64,000 nucleotides of DNA, taken from positions 1,144,203 through 1,208,202 of the forward strand of contig JBJBEO010000001.1 in NCBI GenBank assembly GCA_047284725.1, read 5' to 3'. Under the pieces are notes generated by a model. The model was given only the letters and a program-made list of their open reading frames with translations. It searched no databases and was not told where the DNA came from. Each line of letters opens with the position of its first letter. Positions within the stretch are counted from its first letter, which is position 1. This document shows, piece by piece, positions 10,102-17,533 of the stretch. Origin of the DNA: Synechococcus sp. Its GTDB lineage: Bacteria > Cyanobacteriota > Cyanobacteriia > PCC-6307 > Cyanobiaceae. The position numbers were made by a program, and so were the translations under genes.

Positions 10102-10419
10102 CTAGATCTCGCCATCGACTAAGAAGAGGCGCCTCTGAAACCCGCCTCGCGTTTCGGCCTTTTGCCTTCGCACGACCTCAAGCTCCTCCAAGGTATGGCC
10201 CTTGGCCACGCAGAGAGCGCGGATGACTTCAAGGGTGTCTGCCAACTCCTGAATGTCGCCACTACTCTCGGAAACCTCGGTGACCTCTTCGTGGAGTTTT
10301 GCAATGAGTTGTGCCACGTATTCGTCGTCGCGCAACTCCCGGACGGTGCATGCCTTTCCGGCAGCTTCCATGACCTCAGGGATTCGGTCGCGGACAAGCT
10401 TGTTGTAGGTCTTTCGCAT
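10102..10419 (-). CDS. MazG-like all-alpha NTP pyrophosphohydrolase (COG4997 / PRA-PH-like)
   Basis: YNKLVRDRIPE, KLHEEVTE, ELADTLEV and R.QKAETRGGF motifs. Confidence 0.9.
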   Translation of the reverse strand: MRKTYNKLVRDRIPEVMEAAGKACTVRELRDDEYVAQLIAKLHEEVTEVSESSGDIQELADTLEVIRALCVAKGHTLEELEVVRRQKAETRGGFQRRLFLVDGEI

Positions 10420-10427
10420 CTAGAGGC

Positions 10428-11462
10428 TTACAGCAGGGAGTTGGCGACAAATGAGTTCGCTGGTCGCCAGCGACTTGGTATCGCGTTGATAGCGAGCTGG
10501 TCGCATTGCTGAAGGAAGCTCGCGCGTTTCTGCTTGGTGGCACCGGTCTGCGCAATCAGCGTCTCGCGGAGTGGGTGGTGGCTGTCTATGAGCCAGTTGT
10601 TCCTCACGTTCAGGCGCTCAAGGTACTCGATGTGTGGGATGAGGTCGAATTTTCCACCTGGGCCACGGTTGCACTCTGTGCAGGCCAGAACGAGGTTCCA
10701 TACACCGTCGATATTCAAGCCACAAAACGGCTCGGCATGGTCGAGTCGCTTGGGGAAAAAGTGGTCGACATCGGCGTCCAACGTCTCACTACGGTCGATG
10801 GTGATTGGTTGATGGCAATAGAAACATGTGCCTTTCTGATACCCGTTTAAAGCATCGCGCACTCCGGCTATTGACACCCGACGAGTTGCGTCAGTCGCGA
10901 TGAAAAGCTCGCCAATCTCAATGTCTGTTCTTACTTCCAACACGCGCGAAGGCACTCCAAGGTTCCAGGCCGTCTCAACTAGACGCCATCGTGCTTCCGC
11001 CTCTAGCGCCAAGCTGTTGGCCTGCGTGTCCGCCATGAGTCGTCGAAACTCTTCAGTGAGCCGGATTCCTTTGGCTGTCGCACGCTCGTCGTGGAAGAAC
11101 CGAATTGGTACATCTGAAGAGCCGACGATGTGAAATGCATCGATGACATTGTTGAAGCCACGCCTGACGGTCTCCATGCGTAGTTGATCGGCTGAGAGTT
11201 CGCCGCGGTTGAAGTTGCGACAGGCGTCGAGAAACACGCTTGAGCGCGAGGTCGCTTGTCGATCCGCGGAATTGAGGTGTCGGGCGATCTCCCGAGCGAA
11301 AGGTACCGCGAGATCATCAAGGCGGACGAGGTCATCGGTTGCTGGGGCGAGCTCAACCAACGAGCGAGCGAGGGCAAACTTGTATGACGCGACGTTTCGA
11401 CCAAAAAGGACGATCGCCCGCCAGCAGGATGCGGGATTCGGCTTGCTCTCAATGAATGTCGT
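10428..11462 (-). CDS. HNH endonuclease; start codon reads ACG
   Basis: CFYC...DVDHFFP...WNLVLACTECNRGPGGKF HNH core. The frame stays open upstream of the track's start (WRAIVLFGRNVASYKFALA) back to ACG at 11462, with no in-frame ATG/GTG/TTG before the TAA at 11496-11498. Confidence 0.88.
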   Translation of the reverse strand, partial: TTFIESKPNPASCWRAIVLFGRNVASYKFALARSLVELAPATDDLVRLDDLAVPFAREIARHLNSADRQATSRSSVFLDACRNFNRGELSADQLRMETVRRGFNNVIDAFHIVGSSDVPIRFFHDERATAKGIRLTEEFRRLMADTQANSLALEAEARWRLVETAWNLGVPSRVLEVRTDIEIGELFIATDATRRVSIAGVRDALNGYQKGTCFYCHQPITIDRSETLDADVDHFFPKRLDHAEPFCGLNIDGVWNLVLACTECNRGPGGKFDLIPHIEYLERLNVRNNWLIDSHHPLRETLIAQTGATKQKRASFLQQCDQLAINAIPSRWRPANSFVANSLL

Positions 11463-11515
11463 GGTCGAGGCGCTTCGGATGCACCCCGATTCTACTTAAG
11501 CCGCTTTCTCGATGC

Positions 11516-11596
11516 TTCTAACGCCCAAGCTGTGCGGCGCAAACGAAGCGCAGCGTAGTTTGCGTCCGAACGAGCGGAACGAGCGCCTTGTTAGCT
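11516..11596 (-). repeat. attC site (81 bp)
   Basis: Minus strand AGCTAAC-AAGGCGCTCG...GCAAACTACGCTGCGCTTCGTTTGCG...CAGCTTGGGC-GTTAGAA; imperfect palindrome; the upstream gene's TAA lies inside R''. Confidence 0.93.
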
Positions 11597-12438
11597 ATTT
11601 TTGAATACATGATTTCGATGGTGCTCCATATAACCCATTAATCTGCTTGGCACCTTCCTCAATTTGAGATTGCCAGCCAATCCAAGTTTTCAATGTCATC
11701 TTGTGATAGTTGAGGGGAAATCATTGCTATACCGGCTTCATCGAATGTGATTAGTCCCAAATCAAACAAGTGATCTAATGTGGGTTGCAATAACAGCCCA
11801 TTCATTGGGTCAAGACGCTCTTGATTGGATGAATCTCTCCACGGTTTGATATGCGAGGCTCGAACCACAGAGAGATTGCCTAACCCAGTAACTGAGCAAC
11901 TTCCCCATACTTCAACTACACCATCCCTGAACAAGCCCTGCCCGATGCGACTCTTTACGATTGATTTTTTTTCAGTTTGATCTAGCGATTTGAATTCATC
12001 CTTGTGCGCTTCGATATCGTCAAACATGTCTGGACGTTGACTTTTGTTCCCGACCGAAAACACAAATTGACTGGGTGACGAGCTAAGGCGGCGATGTTCT
12101 TTTAGATGAATCTGTCCGCAATACACAAATGGCGTATGATGAATGTCTCGATAAAAGAGGTGTATTTCATCATTCACAGACTCTGCATTGATCACTCTGT
12201 TGTCTGATGAATGCTTTTCTTCGCCTTCTCAGTGAAGCAGCTCGCCGTCTAAATAATCATTGTATTGAGTTAGTGCTTCTTGTTTTTGTTTTGTGACAAA
12301 CAGGATGATGTATTTAGTTCCTGATGGCGTTACAACGCCCCTGGAAATAGCCTGAAACCCTTTGTAGCCCCAAATATCAGCCAGGGATGGCCGCTCATAT
12401 TCTTGCCCAATTTTCAGTTTTTCAAGGCTGACTGGCAC
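11591..12438 (-). pseudogene. DUF3427/SRA(PUA)-like domain + HNH endonuclease (putative modification-dependent restriction), inactivated
   Basis: ORFs 12229-12438 and 11659-12195 share a frame and are separated by TGA in LLH*EGE (W expected). C-terminal RIGQGLFR...CSVTG...ASHIKPW...NGLLL...DHLFDLG HNH. A 1-nt frameshift near 11685 hides the tail ...LRKVPSRLMGYMEHHRNHVFKNS*, which ends in the attC R'' box. Confidence 0.85.
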
Positions 12439-12454
12439 GGTATTTCCTTTTGAT

Positions 12455-12612
12455 GGCTAACAGTGTTTCGGCGGACAGTAGAAGTTGCTAATAGTTGATT
12501 TTTTGCTGCATAAGCTGGCAATGGCAGCTTTCCCCCAAGATCAACACCCCAGCTCTAGCAACAATTTTAGCGGATTCCACTCCTCGCATGGATTGTTATG
12601 CGGACCGCAAAA
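12455..12612 (-). repeat. Second attI-like module with attC-like internal symmetry
   Basis: 147 bp from GGCTAAC (12455) to GTTATGC (12601). Both ends align with 13215-13372. Nested stems GTTGCTA/TAGCAAC, GTTGAT/ATCAAC, AAGCTG/CAGCTT. Confidence 0.75.
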
Positions 12613-12707
12613 GCTCTTCAACGCTTGGTTGCTTAGCTGAAGGCCATAATCCTTATGGAGACCATTTCAAGTCATTCATATGGGGCGATTGTTGGTCGCT
12701 TAATGGT

Positions 12708-12809
12708 GCCTAGCGCCCCGTTTAGCGGCTTTTTATAGTTGGCTAAAATAACGAACGCAATGAGGGAAGCCAACTATTAAAAGTCCCAGCCTGCAACGCC
12801 TTGTTATAT
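12708..12809 (-). repeat. attC site (102 bp) with mutated R' core (GCTAGGC)
   Basis: Minus strand ATATAAC-AAGGCGTTGCAG...TTTTAATAGTTGGCT...AGCCAACTATAAAA...AAACGGGGC-GCTAGGC; the gene's TAA lies inside R''. Confidence 0.9.
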
Positions 12810-13208
12810 GTGTTGAACACCATTCCATCCATTTCGGTTTATGATTTTAAACTTTGAATCGTCTTTGCTGTAGCAACTAGACTTTAATGATGAAAAGTCT
12901 AGGTTGTTTCGCGGAACCTCAAAGTATTCAAAAACCTTGTTGCCATCGGTAGCAACCAATAAAGTAATACCATCTAGTGTGTGAATTTTACTTTTTGTCT
13001 CGATGTCGAACTTAAAGCCTATTAGATCTTCCGCGCTTTGGTTGTTTGAATAAGGTGTAATTATGCAAACTTGTTTCCAGTTCCCTCTTATCTCTATTGA
13101 TAAGTCGACAAACTCTTTTGAATGGTCAAAAGTTCGTTCTGGAGCTTCGCCCACCTTGGAGCAAGAAATCAATAATATCACTAAAATAACAGTCAGACAC
13201 TTATTCAT
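12804..13208 (-). CDS. First cassette: putative lipoprotein, unknown function
   Basis: ATG 13208 just after the core site GTTATGT; MNKCLTVILVILLIS-C lipobox; WKQVCIITPY motif; very AT-rich. Confidence 0.82.
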   Translation of the reverse strand: MNKCLTVILVILLISCSKVGEAPERTFDHSKEFVDLSIEIRGNWKQVCIITPYSNNQSAEDLIGFKFDIETKSKIHTLDGITLLVATDGNKVFEYFEVPRNNLDFSSLKSSCYSKDDSKFKIINRNGWNGVQHI

Positions 13209-13214
13209 AAACAC

Positions 13215-13372
13215 ACATAACAGTCTTACGGCGGTCCGCACAAGCTGCCGCCAGGCAGCTTATGCGGCAAAAAAATCCGTTTGAATCACCTCTCAGGAAC
13301 CAATTACCTACTTTTAGCAAGACCACCGCACCCCATCCAAGCCCGGCTTGGTTTGTTACCAGGACCGCAAAA
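13215..13372 (-). promoter_or_regulatory. attI region, downstream of the intI 3' end
   Basis: Core GTTATGT at 13221-13215 matches the first cassette's R'' (ATATAAC) at 6/7; hairpin CCGCATAAGCTGCC/GGCAGCTTGTGCGG; lies between the intI stop and the first cassette. Confidence 0.78.
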
Positions 13373-13383
13373 CATCCTCGGGT

Positions 13384-14358
13384 TCAGAGCAAGTCCGCGG
13401 GACTGCGGACGACTGATGGACCGCGATTCAGCACATGGGTGTAGATCATCGTGGTCTTCACATCGCTGTGACCCAGCAGCTCTTGAATCATGCGGATGTC
13501 GGCTCCCTGCTCCAGCAGGTGTGTGGCAAACGAATGGCGGAAGGTGTGGCAGGTGGCTGGCTTGCTGATCCCCGCCGCCTGCACGGCAGCACGCACGGCC
13601 CGCTGTACCAGGCTCGGATCCAGGTGGTGTCTCCCCTCCAGTCTCTGCCGGGGACTCCGCCAACGGCGGCATTAGGGAAACAGCCATTGCCAGGCCCATT
13701 CCCTCGCCGCATTTCGGTATTTCTTCTCCAGGGCATGGGGGAGCTCCACCGCACCCCAACCCGCTGCCAGATCGGCCTGGTGCACACTCCTCACGTGCTG
13801 CAGGTGCCGTTGCAAGGGCTCCACCAGGCTCGAGGGAAGCACGGTGCGCCGGTCCTTGCCTCCTTTGCCGCAGCGCACCGTGATGCAGCACTTCTCCAGG
13901 TCCACATCCTTGATCCGCAGCCTTAGCGCCTCCATCAGCCTCAGTGCACTTCCATAGAGAAGCTGGGCCACCAGGGCCTCGGCTCCGCCCAGATGGCCAA
14001 GCACGGCCTTTACTTCATCCACCGTCATCACCACGGGAAGGCGCGCCCGTCTGCGGGCTCGGATCACACCCTCCAGGTTCCCCACATCACCACCCAGCAC
14101 CGTGCGATAGAGAAACAGCAAGGCCGCCAGCGCTTGGTTCTGCGTGGAGGCACTCACTCTCTCCTCTGTCGCCAGATGACTCAGGAACGCATTGATCTCT
14201 GCCTCCCCCATCTCACGCGGATGACGCATCCGTTGAAAGCGCAGGAATCTCCGCAGCCAGTGCTCATAGCTCGACACTGTCCGGCGTGCGTAGTGCCTCA
14301 CCTGCAGCTCTTCCCGGTAGCGCTGGATCAGGCCCGGCGGCTGGTTCGGGTTGGCCAT
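13384..14358 (-). pseudogene. intI: Integron integrase with an in-frame nonsense codon
   Basis: HYARRT, VSASTQNQALAALLFLYR, LLYGSALRLME, GKGGKDRRT, the IntI-specific patch AGWGAVELPHALEKKYRNAAREWAWQWLFP, then TAA (13672-13674), then in-frame [12 protein letters not shown]...[12 protein letters not shown]...[16 protein letters not shown]. Confidence 0.96.
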
Positions 14359-14499
14359 CGATGGGGTGTCTGCGCAAAGGGAGTGTTCCCCCACTTCGAC
14401 AATCATCAGCAACAGCTGTTCACAACATGGATTGGCGATACCTCCCTGCGCCCCGCCTGATACGCCTTGCTAGCGATTGGGCGGCTCCGAGAACCGTTT

Positions 14500-14900
14500 T
14501 TGCCGTCGAACATTGCCATTCCCATTCACGCTCGGCTGGGGTATTGGCGACCTAACGCATCGGCAATCAGGACCTGCCCCCAACCGGCCTTTCGATCACG
14601 CTGGTGAAACTTGCGAACATCACTTAGATGGCGTGCCAGTGCTGGGAACATGCTTTGTGGCAAGAGCGTCAGTCGATCCTTCCCCCCTTTGCCATCGCGC
14701 ACGCAGAGCTCTCGCCGCTCGATGCTGATGTCTTTGACGCGCAGGCTTAAGGCCTCCATCAAGCGCAACGCACTGCCGTTCAGCAATCCCACCACCAGCC
14801 TTGGTGAACCCTGCAGTGTCGCGTTCGAGCCCGGATGACGGAATCCAACACCAAGGGTTTGCCGAGCAGTTCGCGATCGAGAAACAGCACTGCAACTGGA
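14500..14900 (-). pseudogene. intI: Second, divergent integron integrase remnant
   Basis: Three frame-shifted pieces: AVLFLDRELLGKPLVLDSVIRARTR / LLNGSALRLMEALSLRVKD...GKGGKDRLTLLP...AGWGQVLIADALGRQYP / REWEWQ. The N-terminus and catalytic C-terminus are missing. Confidence 0.9.
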
Positions 14901-15079
14901 TTGGGGCCTCCGTTGGCTGTCATCGTCTGGGCCGCTGGCCAGGAGCGGATTGCTGTTGACCGATGCAACGCTCCTCCTCGTCGGCCATTGCCTAGAGCGC
15001 AGCAACGTCTTCTCGGTCCACAACCACGTGCGAGACGGTTACGGTCTCGTCGTGAGGTCCGGGGTTTTAGGGAATTGCC

Positions 15080-15298
15080 ATGGCACTGAGTGAGGAAGAA
15101 AGACTCAGGACGCGCCATCGTCTGCTGGAGTTCCTCAAATTTCGGGTGCTTGCCGCAGAGGATCAGTTTTTTGATGACCGTTCCCCCGATCAGCGTCGGC
15201 AATGGTTGAAGGGTCTCTTCCCTCAGGCCCTCTGCCTCTCGGATGAAGACCTGGACCAGGTCTGGCAGCAGGCGTACGCCCTCTACGGCTGTCACTGA
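15080..15298 (+). CDS. Small conserved cyanobacterial hypothetical protein
   Basis: [13 protein letters not shown]...[13 protein letters not shown] motif; host-like GC. Confidence 0.7.
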   Translation: MALSEEERLRTRHRLLEFLKFRVLAAEDQFFDDRSPDQRRQWLKGLFPQALCLSDEDLDQVWQQAYALYGCH

Positions 15299-15368
15299 AC
15301 GTCTGCGGCGGCAATGGCGTGGTAGGTCAGCCGTTTCATGCCCGGCTTCTAGGGTGAAGGGTCTTCGC

Positions 15369-16706
15369 ATGCTGGCCATCACCGCTTCGTTGTCTCCCTC
15401 CGTTGTGTCTGGACAGAGCTTTGGGGATTTGGGCCTCAGTGCGCCCCTGCTCAGGGCTTTGGAGGAGAAGGGGTATCAGGCACCCTCACCCATCCAACAG
15501 CAGGCCATTCCGGTGGTTCTGCGCGGTCGGGACCTGATGGCTGCAGCCCAGACCGGCACTGGAAAAACCGCAGGCTTCACCCTGCCGATGTTGGAGCGGT
15601 TGAGCCACGGCGCTCGCCCCGGGCGTGGTCAGATCCGTGCCCTGGTGCTGACCCCCACCCGTGAGCTGGCGGCCCAGGTTCTCGACAATGTGCGTGACTA
15701 CAGCCGGCATCTGCGCCTTCGCAGCGAGGTGGTGTTTGGCGGGGTGAAGATCAACCCGCAGATCCAGCGTCTGCAGCAGGGGATTGATGTGCTCGTGGCT
15801 ACTCCCGGGCGTCTGCTCGACCTGCATCAGCAGGGGGCCGTTCGCTTTGACCGTGTGGAATTCCTCGTGCTCGATGAAGCCGATCGCATGCTCGATATGG
15901 GTTTCATTCACGACATCCGGAAGGTGCTGTCGCGTTTGCCCGACCGTCGCCAGAACCTTCTCTTCTCAGCCACCTTCAGCCCATCGATTCGCAAACTGGC
16001 CACCGGGCTGCTGCAGGACCCGGAGCAGATCCAGATCACACCGCCGAACCAGACCGCACGCTCCGTGGAACAGGTGGTGCATCCCTGTGACATGAAGCGC
16101 AAACCCGACTTGTTGAGCCACCTGATCCGTTCGAACGACTGGCGGCAGGTGCTGGTGTTCTCTCGCACGAAACACGGCGCCAACCGTGTGGCCGAGAAGC
16201 TCACCAAGGAAGGGCTTGAAGCCGCTGCCATCCACGGCAACAAAAGCCAGGGAGCCCGTACGCGTGCCCTCCAGGGATTCAAGGATGGCCGGGTTCGCGT
16301 GCTGGTCGCCACGGATATTGCGGCCCGTGGCATCGACATTCAGCAACTTCCCCATGTGGTCAATCTTGACCTGCCCAACGTGGCCGAAGATTATGTGCAT
16401 CGGATCGGCCGGACCGGACGGGCTGGCGAATGTGGTCATGCCATTTCCCTTGTGGCCGCGGAAGAAGCCCTGCTGCTCAAGGCGATTGAACGCACTACGA
16501 ACGAGCGTCTCGAAAGGGTCCTGGTCCCTGGGTTTGAACCGACGGTTCTCGAGGCTCCCCCCCTTGATCTCAGTGGTGGCCGCGGTCGTCGTGCACCACG
16601 TGGAGGCAGAGGCGGCGGCGGCCGCCATGATCGTGGCGCCAGTGCCCATTCCCGCTCCCCATCGACCGGCAGGCCGAAACGATCGGGTCGCCCTCCACAA
16701 CGCTGA
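15369..16706 (+). CDS. DEAD-box RNA helicase (RhlE-like)
   Basis: [26 protein letters not shown] and [12 protein letters not shown] motifs; RGG-rich tail; start approximate. Confidence 0.95.
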   Translation: MLAITASLSPSVVSGQSFGDLGLSAPLLRALEEKGYQAPSPIQQQAIPVVLRGRDLMAAAQTGTGKTAGFTLPMLERLSHGARPGRGQIRALVLTPTRELAAQVLDNVRDYSRHLRLRSEVVFGGVKINPQIQRLQQGIDVLVATPGRLLDLHQQGAVRFDRVEFLVLDEADRMLDMGFIHDIRKVLSRLPDRRQNLLFSATFSPSIRKLATGLLQDPEQIQITPPNQTARSVEQVVHPCDMKRKPDLLSHLIRSNDWRQVLVFSRTKHGANRVAEKLTKEGLEAAAIHGNKSQGARTRALQGFKDGRVRVLVATDIAARGIDIQQLPHVVNLDLPNVAEDYVHRIGRTGRAGECGHAISLVAAEEALLLKAIERTTNERLERVLVPGFEPTVLEAPPLDLSGGRGRRAPRGGRGGGGRHDRGASAHSRSPSTGRPKRSGRPPQR

Positions 16707-16723
16707 TCTGACCTTGTCTTGTT

Positions 16724-17533
16724 ATGGGCTTTGACCCCCGACAGTGGTCCGCTCAGCCCCGCCACCAGCACGTCACCACCAACGTGGAGGCTCTGCTTGC
16801 AGAGAATGAATCGCTCCGCCGGGAGGTGCGCCATCTGAGAACGCAGCTGGAGTCTCTGGAGCGTCAGCGTCAACACCCCCCCGCATGGAACCGACCCCAT
16901 CAACGGTCGACGCATCCCGACCCCTTGGTGACCGCCCAGCAGGTGAAGCGATGGGGAGAGCTGCTTGCTCAGCAACCCGGCTGGTCAGACCTTCGTGCCA
17001 AGGGGTTGGAACAGCTGGTTGAGACCCTCAATCGCCAGAGTTTTCATCCCAACCTCAGCCTGCAACAGCGGCTTGATCGCTTGCTCCCCGGCCTGGGGCA
17101 AGACCTTCTGTCCGCCATGGCGGGGCCCATGGGCAAGAAGCAGTGGGCTGTTCTGTCGGCCTTTGCCCTCTATGGCGTTCGCACGCGTGAATGGCTGCAG
17201 GAAGATCCTCGCCGAGTCGTGGCAGAACTGCGGCAGCGGTTGGTGCGCAGCACGGCAGGTCGGCGCACCCGTTCTGATCAGCGTGCCTCTGATCGCAGCG
17301 ATGCTTCACAGGGTGCGGGTCGTGGAAGCGGAGCAGAACCAGGCGGGGCGCCGAGAGGAGCGGATCCACGCAAGCTGGAGGATCTGGCGGCACTCGGTCT
17401 GTCCTGGGGAGCCACCCGCGAACAGATCAAGCAGGCCCATCGTCGCCTGGTGAAACGGCACCATCCCGATATGGGCGGTGTTGCAGCGGACTTCCATCGC
17501 ATCAATCAGGCTTATCAGCGCCTAGTCGCCTAA
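16724..17533 (+). CDS. Coiled-coil protein with a C-terminal DnaJ (J) domain
   Basis: IKQAHRRLVKRHHPDMGG...INQAYQRL. Confidence 0.85.
   Translation: MGFDPRQWSAQPRHQHVTTNVEALLAENESLRREVRHLRTQLESLERQRQHPPAWNRPHQRSTHPDPLVTAQQVKRWGELLAQQPGWSDLRAKGLEQLVETLNRQSFHPNLSLQQRLDRLLPGLGQDLLSAMAGPMGKKQWAVLSAFALYGVRTREWLQEDPRRVVAELRQRLVRSTAGRRTRSDQRASDRSDASQGAGRGSGAEPGGAPRGADPRKLEDLAALGLSWGATREQIKQAHRRLVKRHHPDMGGVAADFHRINQAYQRLVA

Larger units (their letters stand above)
9445..14900 (-). mobile_element. Chromosomal integron (inverted-integrase type), decaying, with about 5 cassettes
   Basis: intI plus an intI remnant, attI-like sites, attC hairpins flanked by RYYYAAC/GTTRRRY, co-oriented cassette genes, and visibly AT-rich segments. 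Confidence 0.92.

Noticed and set aside
9445..13372. Spaced palindromes read as a CRISPR array or REP elements
   Set aside because: The repeats differ in sequence and length, are separated by whole genes, and carry RYYYAAC/GTTRRRY ends beside an intI; no cas genes are present.
13672..13674. Programmed readthrough or recoding of the intI stop
   Set aside because: The stop is TAA, there is no recoding signal, and other lesions nearby indicate ordinary decay.
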